DNA of 24,000 bases, from NCBI GenBank assembly GCA_048882505.1, contig JBHLRO010000011.1:29885-53884 (forward strand), given 5' to 3'. Within the stretch, counting starts at the first letter, position 1; each line of letters starts with the position of its first letter. The notes beneath the pieces are model-generated. The model was not told the origin of the DNA and ran no database searches. It saw only the letters and a list, made by a program, of their open reading frames with translations. Source of the DNA: Candidatus Thorarchaeota archaeon. GTDB lineage: Archaea > Asgardarchaeota > Heimdallarchaeia > Hodarchaeales > Hodarchaeaceae. The translations under genes were made by a program, and so were the position numbers. This document shows, piece after piece, positions 1 through 8,027 of this stretch.

Positions 1-432
1 GTCATGGACAACGTAGTGCTTGGGTTGATTGATGTTGGGGGCCAGCGGCGGTTTCTGGATATGCGTTATCACGAACAATTCGTACGAAGGGCAGACGGAT
101 TGGTCTTTGTTGTCGATAGCTCCAAAAGAGATTTTGCGCGTGATGAAAGATGGCTGAGCGATGCTTTGGAACTGATTTCAATTCGAACTCCAATACTAGT
201 TATCGCCAACAAACAGGATCTTCCCTCCGCATTGTCTCCAGATTTTCTAGATGAAAATCTGTTCAAACCTACACTCAAAGCAGACTATAACTATTCTATT
301 TTTGGTACCGTGGCTTCTGACCCAGGCGGAATTCGTAGTGGTGAAAACATCGAACTCGCCTTTCATCATCTAATTGTACAGATGCAAGAGAATCGCGAGC
401 TACTCACTGAGCAGGGGGGGATCCGTGCTTAA
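1..432 (+). CDS. Arf/Arl/Sar-family small GTPase, 5'-truncated by the window edge
   Basis: The frame is open to nt 1. The translation carries the Arf-type G3 motif DVGGQ, then GLVFVVDS and the G4 motif ANKQDLP, colinear with eukaryotic Arf1. Only about 10 aa precede DVGGQ, so the P-loop lies upstream of the window. Confidence 0.8.
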   Translation, partial: VMDNVVLGLIDVGGQRRFLDMRYHEQFVRRADGLVFVVDSSKRDFARDERWLSDALELISIRTPILVIANKQDLPSALSPDFLDENLFKPTLKADYNYSIFGTVASDPGGIRSGENIELAFHHLIVQMQENRELLTEQGGIRA

Positions 433-560
433 CACGCTCCCCTCCTTTCCTCTTACTTCATATTATGTTGTTAATCGTTTATCGTGGGATATCTGATGTA
501 TAGGAAAATTGGGGTAACCACTACAATTCCTTATACTTGTTTTCCATCAAATTTGGGTAG

Positions 561-1358
561 TTGATTAACTTGTTTGAGAAGACTCGTGTTACAACAGGTA
601 TTCCTCACCTCGATGCCCTTTGTGAAGGTGGATTTATCAAAGGGTCAACAAATCTGGTTCTTGGTCCCGCAGGGGCGGGTAAAACGATTTTTGGACTTCA
701 GTTCCTTGCCGAGGGAGCACGACACCAGGAAAACGGTCTCTTGGTCGCCATGCAGGAAGGACCTTTTGCTGTCCGAAGAGACGCATCAAATTTCACCTTT
801 TATGACGAGTCTCACTTTGTAGAACCTGAGAAGATTGTAATACTGGATTTTACGCCTAGCGGTTGGGAACTTTGGGATCCCGATAGTTTGACGTTTGCGG
901 AAGAGTCTGAAATGATTTTTGAAACCGAAGGGGTTCCGTATGATGAAACTTCGCTTCCTACGTTCTTACACAAGGTCTTCTATAGTATTAGTCAAGTAGT
1001 AGAAGAAAAGAAAATAGAACGCATAGTCATTGATCCTTTAGCAGCGTTCCGTTTCTACGATTTTGGGAACGACTTGGGTTTCTTACGAAAGCTTACAACA
1101 GGATTTCTGACGAACATTGCAGCTCTCAATGTGACCACAGTCGCCATTTCGGAATTTTCTAACGGGGGTGAAAAAACCCTGTTTGGAGAAGAATACATCA
1201 CTGATTCAATAATACATCTCGATATGCTTTCTGTTCGGGGAGAAATGCTGAGAATTCTCAGAATCACCAAAATGCGAGGTACAAATCATACCCGAAAGAC
1301 TCTTAGCTTTGAGATAACAAACCACGGGCTTACGTTTTTGGAAAACGAGGATTCCTGA
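561..1358 (+). CDS. KaiC/RecA-superfamily single-domain ATPase
   Basis: 265-aa ORF with a TTG start. It has the TGIPHLDALCEGGF lead-in, Walker A GPAGAGKT, Walker B-like RIVIDPL and the C-terminal LRILRITKMRGTNH motif typical of KaiC-like/RadB-like proteins. Confidence 0.7.
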   Translation: MINLFEKTRVTTGIPHLDALCEGGFIKGSTNLVLGPAGAGKTIFGLQFLAEGARHQENGLLVAMQEGPFAVRRDASNFTFYDESHFVEPEKIVILDFTPSGWELWDPDSLTFAEESEMIFETEGVPYDETSLPTFLHKVFYSISQVVEEKKIERIVIDPLAAFRFYDFGNDLGFLRKLTTGFLTNIAALNVTTVAISEFSNGGEKTLFGEEYITDSIIHLDMLSVRGEMLRILRITKMRGTNHTRKTLSFEITNHGLTFLENEDS

Positions 1359-1619
1359 TTCTTTAGAACATGATTTCGGAGGGTGAAGTTATCGTTTGCG
1401 TCAAACGAGACGGTTTATTTTTGACCCGGATTTCAAAAGCTTGAACGACGTCAAAGAGAGTTTTTTTTTGGAAAAGATATTTTGAGTGGTACTTCAAATA
1501 TAGTCTAACAAAACCGAGTAACGGTTTGAGGACTGTGATTTCTTGACTCTTCTTATGTGTCGCTGCCAAAATTGACATCTCGGAGTTTTTTAGTAGCAGT
1601 TGACCTTGGGTGAAAGTTA

Positions 1620-3125
1620 GTGAAAAAACGCTATCTAACAATTCTTCTCATAATCTTCCTACAACAATCTATCATTCTTCCTGTTACCAATTACGATTTT
1701 GATTTTCAAACCCCCACTCCTGGCATCCCCAGTAGTTTAGATAATCCCTATGACTTCACATTCAACGTTTTACTCTCAGTCGATGATTCAAAATGGGCCC
1801 ATCATGTTGAACCCACCATGGCGATTGGGGATAATAACACAATATTTGTAGGATGGAAAAATGCGATTGAGCACGATGGAGGAGGAAGAGGAGTCTCATT
1901 TACATATTCAAAGGACAGCTTGAATTGGAGTTACCCCGACGATATGGCTCCAGCCTGGTCGACAGGGAGTGGTCAATCAGACCCTTGGATGGTTTATTTC
2001 AATCACACACTGTATTACTCCTATTTAGAGTTTTCCACAGGAACCCAGGATCCAGGACGAATTTCTTTTGCTCAAACTTCTGATTTAGGATTACATTGGA
2101 AACAAGTCAGGGCATCTTATGGCACAGGTGACTATGCAGATAAAGAAACCTTTGCAATTGGACATGATGGAGTAATTTATCTTGTCTATTCCGATGTTCA
2201 TTCAAGTGGTAGCACATCGAATGCCTGGGTCAGATTAACTCGCTCGTTTGACGGAGGTAATACCTTTGTCGATAATGTCACAATTTCTGACACCAAAGGG
2301 ATTGATATTAGTGCCAATGTGCTTCCAGGTAGGTCTGGCAACGTTTATTGTGTTTGGACACACTATAGCTGGGAAGAAGGAGAAGTTTCTCCTAATCCCG
2401 AGTTAAGTACATTAGTATACGATAACTCAACAGATTCTGGAAATACGTTTGGAAGAGATCGAGATTTTATCCCCGAATATAACGCCACTTGGTCAATGAG
2501 AAATCCTGAGAATAATAGGTCTGCAAAACATACAATCGCAATAATAAAACAAGAACCGATTACAGAAAGGCTGTATGTTACATGGGCTGATGTTTCCACT
2601 AATGTCAAGGTTCCTGAAAGCAACTGGGATGTGTTTTTTCGATATTCGGATGATCTTGGGATCACTTGGAGCGATATTGTTAGAGTGAACAGCCAGCTGG
2701 GCGCCAACCAATGGAATCCTGACATGGAATTTGATTCTAAAGGAAACGTGCACTTTGTTTATTATGATGAATCGTCTCCACAGGGAAGACACGTGAGACA
2801 TAGAATCTTTTATCCAGATCTTAATGAATTTTCTTCCGAAGCACAAGTGACAACAGAAGCGTCTTCTCCTGACTTTACAAGGCCTGGAGAGTACATGTCC
2901 ATTCGGATTGACTCAGACGATATCCCCCACATTGTTTGGACTGATGCAAGGAGCAATGCCTTGGACATATATTATACCAGTCCCAATTTAAGCGGCCCCG
3001 AATCAAAAAGCCCCTCATTTGCATCGTTACCTCTCTATCTTGCCTTTTTATTGATAGTTACAGTTGTTCTTAGGATAAGAAGATCAAAACGGAAAAATGT
3101 AAAACGGCGGCTCTTGCACAAATGA
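1620..3125 (+). CDS. Secreted, membrane-anchored BNR/Asp-box (sialidase-like beta-propeller) repeat protein
   Basis: 501-aa ORF with an N-terminal hydrophobic signal (LTILLIIFLQQSIILPV). It has repeated Asp-boxes (TSDLGLHW, SFDGGNTF, STDSGNTF, SDDLGITW). The C-terminus has a TM helix (LPLYLAFLLIVTVVL) followed by the basic tail RIRRSKRKNVKRR. Confidence 0.7.
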   Translation: MKKRYLTILLIIFLQQSIILPVTNYDFDFQTPTPGIPSSLDNPYDFTFNVLLSVDDSKWAHHVEPTMAIGDNNTIFVGWKNAIEHDGGGRGVSFTYSKDSLNWSYPDDMAPAWSTGSGQSDPWMVYFNHTLYYSYLEFSTGTQDPGRISFAQTSDLGLHWKQVRASYGTGDYADKETFAIGHDGVIYLVYSDVHSSGSTSNAWVRLTRSFDGGNTFVDNVTISDTKGIDISANVLPGRSGNVYCVWTHYSWEEGEVSPNPELSTLVYDNSTDSGNTFGRDRDFIPEYNATWSMRNPENNRSAKHTIAIIKQEPITERLYVTWADVSTNVKVPESNWDVFFRYSDDLGITWSDIVRVNSQLGANQWNPDMEFDSKGNVHFVYYDESSPQGRHVRHRIFYPDLNEFSSEAQVTTEASSPDFTRPGEYMSIRIDSDDIPHIVWTDARSNALDIYYTSPNLSGPESKSPSFASLPLYLAFLLIVTVVLRIRRSKRKNVKRRLLHK

Positions 3126-3522
3126 ATTAGACTATGTAAGCCCGAGCCATACGCTAGAGTTCGTAGTCATAATCAATTCCATGAAAAAGGATTTAGATAC
3201 TAGTCTCGGGTAAAAAATTCTGCTTCCCTCCGACCTAAGGCGTGTTTCCTGATAAAAGAATTAATTTTTGAATAGCTTACCAAGAGATTGTTTTTATGGA
3301 AAAAAATAAATTACAGTCTTTTTGACTTGGAAAAATCCCATGTGTGGTTTTAAAATTACGTTTTTTGGTCGTCCTTCTTTTTCGAACTTGTTTCTCGTTA
3401 TTACGGGGGAGCACTTCACCTGGGAATCTCATTCCACGATTACAGCGTTCCAAGAAACCAACATTTTAAAAACCTCCAGAACCATATTGCATCATAGGTT
3501 AAACCAGAAAACATCAAGTAGG

Positions 3523-3531
3523 TTAAATATA
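3523..3531 (+). promoter_or_regulatory. TATA-box-like element upstream of the ubiquitin-like gene
   Basis: TTAAATATA is centred about 30 nt upstream of the ATG at 3557. This spacing is compatible with a leaderless or short-leader archaeal transcript. It rests on motif and position only. Confidence 0.3.
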
Positions 3532-3556
3532 CCCATTCTTACAGGTTTGGTTTGAG

Positions 3557-3790
3557 ATGGAACTTCAAATAGTATCGGCTATTGGAGGAGGAGCTATTCT
3601 GATTGAGTGTGAAAAGAGTGACTCGATTGCAGCCATTAAAAATCGAGTAGCTACGCAAAAGAAAATTCCGCCCAGGTCAGTTATCTTGGTTTTTCAAGGT
3701 AAGCAGCTAGATGAAGGTGAGACTTTGAAATCAGTCGGGATTGAGGATCATGATAAGCTTTATATGATTACACGGACTACAGGGGGATAA
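3557..3790 (+). CDS. Ubiquitin-like protein (beta-grasp) ending in an exposed C-terminal Gly-Gly
   Basis: The 77-aa protein is colinear with ubiquitin (..KKIPPRSVILVFQGKQLDEGETLKSVGIEDHDKLYMITRTTGG versus ..[43 protein letters not shown]). The stop codon directly follows GG. Confidence 0.85.
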   Translation: MELQIVSAIGGGAILIECEKSDSIAAIKNRVATQKKIPPRSVILVFQGKQLDEGETLKSVGIEDHDKLYMITRTTGG

Positions 3791-3928
3791 GGGACAAGAT
3801 TTCCTCCTCTATGTCAAATTTCTTTTGAAGTTTTGATTGGCATCATCACATATAACAACCTACGAACCTTCTAGCGGTTACTTGGCTTTGAGCCTTAGAA
3901 TGGACCTAATTCTCGTAGGGTTATATCC

Positions 3929-4924
3929 ATGACCAAAGACCGCTATCTTCGCCAAATTCTTATACAAAATTGGGATCAAGAAAAAATTCAGGACAGTACT
4001 GCTGCATTAGTTGGTCTGGGAGCCCTTGGGAGCGTTGTTGCCGCATCGCTCGCCCTCGCTGGCGTCGGTCACCTCATCCTAATTGATTATGATACAGTCG
4101 AACTCAGTAACCTTAACCGTCAGTTATTATTCGGGCCCGCTGACGTTGGCCGATCTAAAGTTACTGTAGCAGCCCAAACAATCCGAAAAATGAACAAGGA
4201 AATCCAAATCGAGGCCTTCAACAAGCCTATTGAAAAAATTCCCAAGCTTAAGTTACGTTCATCAACGGTTCTGGTTGAAGGATTAGATACTTTTTCTTCT
4301 AGGCGGTGGGTTAATGCATTTGCGGTATCCTCCAAAATTCCTCTCGTCTCCGGGGGGATCTACGGATTTCTTGGCAATGTACAAGTCATCATTCCCTTTC
4401 AGACTGCATGCTTGGATTGCCAGTCATTGATCCCCGAGGAAGAGCTACAAAAAGCCTGTACACCATTTGGATCAGAACGGAAGGTAACCCGCAAAGAGGA
4501 AGATGTAGAAGACGTTCCCTCTGTATCTAGCGTGGCCTTTGTCATTGGAGGTTTAATGGCACAAGAGGCATTAAAAATAATCCTTGGTATTCCTCCAATG
4601 GCAGCTTACTTTTTCTGGGATGGTCGTGTAGGAGCGTTTACTAGTGTACCACTTGAACGAAGACCTGATTGTTTTATTTGCTCTACCAGGTTCCAATTAG
4701 ATATAATTCCTGTTAGGAGTCCTGCTAATCAATCGCTTCGTGATTTTGTCCACCAACTCCGGTACTCCTTTAATCTAGGGGAGAAAAGTATTATCATGGT
4801 TCAATCTTCAACGATTCCAATATCTGATTTACCTATCGTAGAGGTGTTCGAATCTGGGGATATTTTCCGTGTGATCGATCCCGTATTGGCATCCCCGCTG
4901 AAATTCAGAATACAGCTGGATTAG
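3929..4924 (+). CDS. E1-like ubiquitin-activating enzyme (ThiF/MoeB/UBA fold)
   Basis: The nucleotide-binding loop is GLGALGS and the ELSNLNRQ motif is present. Two CxxC pairs (CLDC, CFIC) match the MoeB/E1 zinc site. A candidate catalytic Cys lies in KACTPFG (codon 4457-4459), in the crossover-loop position after the first CxxC. An extra C-terminal domain of about 70 aa follows. Confidence 0.85.
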   Translation: MTKDRYLRQILIQNWDQEKIQDSTAALVGLGALGSVVAASLALAGVGHLILIDYDTVELSNLNRQLLFGPADVGRSKVTVAAQTIRKMNKEIQIEAFNKPIEKIPKLKLRSSTVLVEGLDTFSSRRWVNAFAVSSKIPLVSGGIYGFLGNVQVIIPFQTACLDCQSLIPEEELQKACTPFGSERKVTRKEEDVEDVPSVSSVAFVIGGLMAQEALKIILGIPPMAAYFFWDGRVGAFTSVPLERRPDCFICSTRFQLDIIPVRSPANQSLRDFVHQLRYSFNLGEKSIIMVQSSTIPISDLPIVEVFESGDIFRVIDPVLASPLKFRIQLD

Positions 4925-4938
4925 GCCATTTGAATAAA

Positions 4939-5697
4939 TCAGAGAAAGAAGTACAAAATCACGTAAACTAAAGCAACAAGCCCGCTGATGGCATAGCTAT
5001 ACAGATTACTTAGCAGATGTGCTGCCCTGATGCCGTTCCCACAGTTGTACGCTGTCCATCCGAAGAAGGGGATGTAGAGATATTCAAAAATAACGTAGCT
5101 CTCGCTAGTTAACGGGGTTATAGAAGTTATGGGAGAGCCCAAGGGAGCTCCTTGACCTAGAATTATGATTAACACGCTTATCAATAAGGATGCCGGGATG
5201 AGGGGCCCAAAAGAATACCCTACAATCCCCATCGTGTCTCTTAGACTTGCTTTTCCTCCTAATGTTTTCGCACTCAACCATACGACGATTCCACTCACAA
5301 TCCAGGCGAAAAGGGCGAAGAAGATGAATGCGAAACCCACGATCCACGGGGCAATGATGAAAAACCATAATGCCAGATCATGCCAGCTGGGGGTACTTGC
5401 TTTAATGACAAAAGCTCCCATGCGTAATGCGTACGCAACAGAAACAAGATACAGAACCATAATAGCACCAAGACGATCTGGATTTACTCCAATCTCCGCA
5501 AACAGGGTTTCACTCAGTCTAGGATCAGAAAAACTTCGCCAGATCCTGCTAAAGCGTTCTCGAAACGTGACCCGAACGCGATGAGTTTCTCGGACAATTT
5601 TCGTGAGATCAAATCCGCAGTACGGACAAAGTACATATCCTGCGGGACTTCGTTCTCCGCAATTTGGGCAAACGATCGACTCGGCCTCGGACATCAA
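4939..5697 (-). CDS. Zn-ribbon + multi-pass membrane protein, possibly Yip1-domain family
   Basis: The N-terminus has CPNCG..x..CPYCG (a zinc ribbon). It is followed by about 5 hydrophobic helices and the segment FSDPRLSETLFAEIGVNPDRLGAIMVLYL, which resembles the start of Yip1-domain proteins. The Yip1 assignment is by eye only. Confidence 0.6.
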   Translation of the reverse strand: MMSEAESIVCPNCGERSPAGYVLCPYCGFDLTKIVRETHRVRVTFRERFSRIWRSFSDPRLSETLFAEIGVNPDRLGAIMVLYLVSVAYALRMGAFVIKASTPSWHDLALWFFIIAPWIVGFAFIFFALFAWIVSGIVVWLSAKTLGGKASLRDTMGIVGYSFGPLIPASLLISVLIIILGQGAPLGSPITSITPLTSESYVIFEYLYIPFFGWTAYNCGNGIRAAHLLSNLYSYAISGLVALVYVILYFFL

Positions 5698-5886
5698 GTT
5701 ACCTCAGAATGGCCGCTAATAGAAAGCGGTTCGCTACTCGCTGAATGCCGTTTAATATCGTTTTTTGTATTTTTTAAACAAACCCTTTTAAGGTTTTTAA
5801 GACAAGGGTTTTTCCAGAGAGGATGTAATTATTCCTTTTCTGTAGTTATATCGTTATCCAGGTACGATTCGGAGCCCATTCAGCCA

Positions 5887-7116
5887 ATGGCTAGCGAAAA
5901 ACCGTCTCCTCAAGATGAATCCCAAGAAGAATCGATTCAGCGGCCAAAACGGGACGTTGATTATGCTGATTTAGCAACCAAGTTGGCAAACAATGCTGCT
6001 GCAAAGGATATTGAGGAATTTCATCTTAAGGTAAAAGGCGATCTTGAAGAGGCCCTATCAGGCAAAACTGATTATATGAGTATACTTGAGCAAGCGTATT
6101 CTTTAGAATCCAAATATCCGGAAGGTTTCCTCCGCTTTGGTTTAGATAAGAGACCTCCACAGACAGAGGATGTTTTTCTACTCGCTTGCTTTCGGAAGAG
6201 CGGTTATCCCCTGTTTACGTATCGTTTGGTCGATTCCATAGACATTCAAACTTCACTCTCATTTGTGTTAAATACCATAAAAAACTATACTCAGTATAAA
6301 CTAGGCGAACTGCTCGAAGTTCTCGCTTTGGAAAGCCAAACTATCCAGTTTTTCGTGGTAGAAGATGCCTACATCATCGCAATTGTAACTTCTAGGGGCG
6401 TTCAACGAGATCAAGTTGGAGCTCTTGCCCTTGATTTGAGTCACCTCATCAGGATGCACCCAAATCAAACTCCAGAGTCTAATCCTTCCTTTCGGGAGGC
6501 AATCGATCAAGTAATTGAAGCTACAAGAGCATCATTTGTTCGTGAGCACTATGCAGTCAAGATCGTTTTGGCAGGGGATGGAGCTGTTGGCAAAACATCA
6601 ATCCGAAGACAATACCTTGGCGAGGGATTCCAAGAAGATTATCAAATGACCATTGGGGCAGATTTGGCAACCAAAAATTCTTCAACAATATATCCAGGCG
6701 GGAAACAAATCAAATTTGTCATTTGGGATTTGGCTGGCCAACCCCGATTCGATGTCGTACGAAAAGCTTACTATAATAGTGCAGTTGGAGCCCTTGTTGT
6801 TTTTGACGTAACTCGTTTAGAATCCTTCCAAAATATCGTTGCTTGGATGAACGAGCTATGGAAGAATAATGGGAGGGGTCCTGTTCCGATAATCATTTTA
6901 GGTAATAAAGCTGATTTGCGCTCTAGTGAGATCTTGAGTGTAGAGGACAAGAAGGCTCAGGTATTTGTGGAACGCTTGTCTCAGATATCAAGACGATATA
7001 GAGGATTTCGTATTCATTATCTTCCTACAAGCGCAAAAACGGGGAAGAACATCGAAACTGCCTTTGAATTGCTTGGAGAGGCCATTATGGACTTTTTTGC
7101 GTCAGCAAAATTCTAA
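5887..7116 (+). CDS. Rab/Ras-like small GTPase with an N-terminal extension of about 220 aa (roadblock/longin-like)
   Basis: The C-terminal half has all G motifs in Rab order: GDGAVGKT (G1, from about 6577), TIG (G2), IWDLAGQ (G3), GNKADL (G4) and TSAK (G5). I place the start at ATG 5887 (MASEKP...) because the track ORF from 5581 overlaps the divergent gene and the intergenic promoter region. The N-terminal domain shows an alternating beta/alpha pattern (FLLACFRKSGYPLFTYRL ... IQFFVVEDAYIIAIVTSRG). Confidence 0.8.
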   Translation: MASEKPSPQDESQEESIQRPKRDVDYADLATKLANNAAAKDIEEFHLKVKGDLEEALSGKTDYMSILEQAYSLESKYPEGFLRFGLDKRPPQTEDVFLLACFRKSGYPLFTYRLVDSIDIQTSLSFVLNTIKNYTQYKLGELLEVLALESQTIQFFVVEDAYIIAIVTSRGVQRDQVGALALDLSHLIRMHPNQTPESNPSFREAIDQVIEATRASFVREHYAVKIVLAGDGAVGKTSIRRQYLGEGFQEDYQMTIGADLATKNSSTIYPGGKQIKFVIWDLAGQPRFDVVRKAYYNSAVGALVVFDVTRLESFQNIVAWMNELWKNNGRGPVPIIILGNKADLRSSEILSVEDKKAQVFVERLSQISRRYRGFRIHYLPTSAKTGKNIETAFELLGEAIMDFFASAKF

Positions 7117-7240
7117 ATAAAGTCGTGATAATCGTGAAAACACCATTCCTCACTGGTTGGGCCATGGTCTCCTGATTCATTAGCTTAGAAAAGCCGAGTC
7201 TTTCCGATTCTGATGGATTTTTAAATCGGGAATTAGAGGC

Positions 7241-7248
7241 ATATAATT
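7241..7248 (+). promoter_or_regulatory. TATA-box-like element upstream of the Vps23-like gene
   Basis: ATATAATT lies about 33 nt upstream of ATG 7278. It rests on motif and position only. Confidence 0.25.
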
Positions 7249-7277
7249 AGATTCAGTAGCCGTTCGGTGTATTTAAT

Positions 7278-8021
7278 ATGGATCGTGATTTTATTCTAGC
7301 AAGGGAAGCCCAGCTTGTATATTCTAATTCTGCTGCAGCCGGTTTTGATCCTGTAGGCGATACTTTGGACAGGTGGCAAGGCACCTTGACATACACAACA
7401 AGTCAAGGGCGGGCACGCTTCGTGTTTGAAATTTTTCTGCCAGAATATTACCCGAATGTTCCTCCCGTGGTTACTGCACCAGGGTTTATGGATCATCCTA
7501 ATGTGGATGAAGATGGTTTTGTTCAGCTACGCATCATGGATAACTGGCGAGCTGAATTCCACCTATACCAGGTAATAATCGCACTCAAAAATCTCATGTC
7601 TCGTGTTCCTCCCAGACCTAAGGGTGAAGCGGCCAAAGATGCCAAAACTGTAAGAGAAACGATGGCTAGATTAGCCCCTATAACCCCCGCCACCCCCGCG
7701 CAACAAGAATCCGTAGAAACTCGAGTTCTCCGAACAGAACTAAATAGTTTGTCTGATCAACTACGAGAAAAAGAAGAAGAGCTTTCTCGGTTGAGGGCCC
7801 AACATACTGTTCAAGCTAGTTCTCCGGAGCCATCTAGATCTACATCTCTCTCTGAAAGAGAAAGATTAGAATCTGAACGTCTTGCAATCTCGGATTTGCT
7901 GTCCTCTTTAGAAGACCGCTATTCTCGCGGAGACATTTCCATTTTCGAGTATTCACGATTATTTCGTCAATACATGAAGGAGCTTTATGTCGTTAGAAAA
8001 CAACTAGGATATCTGAGCTGA
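7278..8021 (+). CDS. vps23: ESCRT-I Vps23/TSG101-like protein: UEV (catalytically inactive E2 fold) + Pro-rich linker + coiled coil + steadiness-box-like C-terminus
   Basis: The E2-fold landmarks are RWQGTL, YPNVPPVV and HPNVDEDGFVQL. Gln (codon 7524-7526) sits exactly where E2 enzymes carry the catalytic Cys (HPN+8). The protein contains no Cys at all. The linker is PPRPKGE...PITPATPAQQ, the coiled coil is TRVLRTELNSLSDQLREKEEELSRLRA, and the C-terminus is RGDISIFEYSRLFRQYMKELYVVRKQL. Confidence 0.75.
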   Translation: MDRDFILAREAQLVYSNSAAAGFDPVGDTLDRWQGTLTYTTSQGRARFVFEIFLPEYYPNVPPVVTAPGFMDHPNVDEDGFVQLRIMDNWRAEFHLYQVIIALKNLMSRVPPRPKGEAAKDAKTVRETMARLAPITPATPAQQESVETRVLRTELNSLSDQLREKEEELSRLRAQHTVQASSPEPSRSTSLSERERLESERLAISDLLSSLEDRYSRGDISIFEYSRLFRQYMKELYVVRKQLGYLS

Positions 8022-8027
8022 TCACAA

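Noticed and set aside
1363-1641. 92-aa minus-strand ORF filling the KaiC-like/BNR intergenic gap
   Set aside because: It has no recognisable motifs and overlaps the start of the BNR gene. The region is A/T-rich with a T9 run (about 1461-1469) that fits termination of the upstream plus-strand gene. I cannot exclude a real small protein.
3322-3555. 77-aa plus-strand ORF immediately upstream of the ubiquitin-like gene
   Set aside because: It has a TTG start and low-complexity, motif-free sequence. It spans the TATA-like element of the ubiquitin-like gene, so it is more likely promoter/intergenic DNA.
5105-5584. ORFs 5165-5584 (+) and 5105-5368 (-) overlapping the membrane-protein gene
   Set aside because: These are shadow ORFs of the 252-aa Zn-ribbon/TM gene, which has coherent TM helices and a Zn ribbon. 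The shadow ORFs have no motifs.
5581-5886. N-terminal 102 aa of the 511-aa track ORF (an extension of the Rab-like GTPase gene)
   Set aside because: This part overlaps the start of the minus-strand Zn-ribbon/membrane gene and the A/T-rich divergent intergenic region. It translates to implausible sequence (..FFVFFKQTLLRFLRQGFF..). ATG 5887 gives a sensible acidic N-terminus.
7680-7712. A PTAP-type late-domain motif in the Vps23-like linker (PITPATPAQQ)
   Set aside because: The sequence reads P-A-T-P / T-P-A, not P-(T/S)-A-P. It does not match the UEV ligand consensus.
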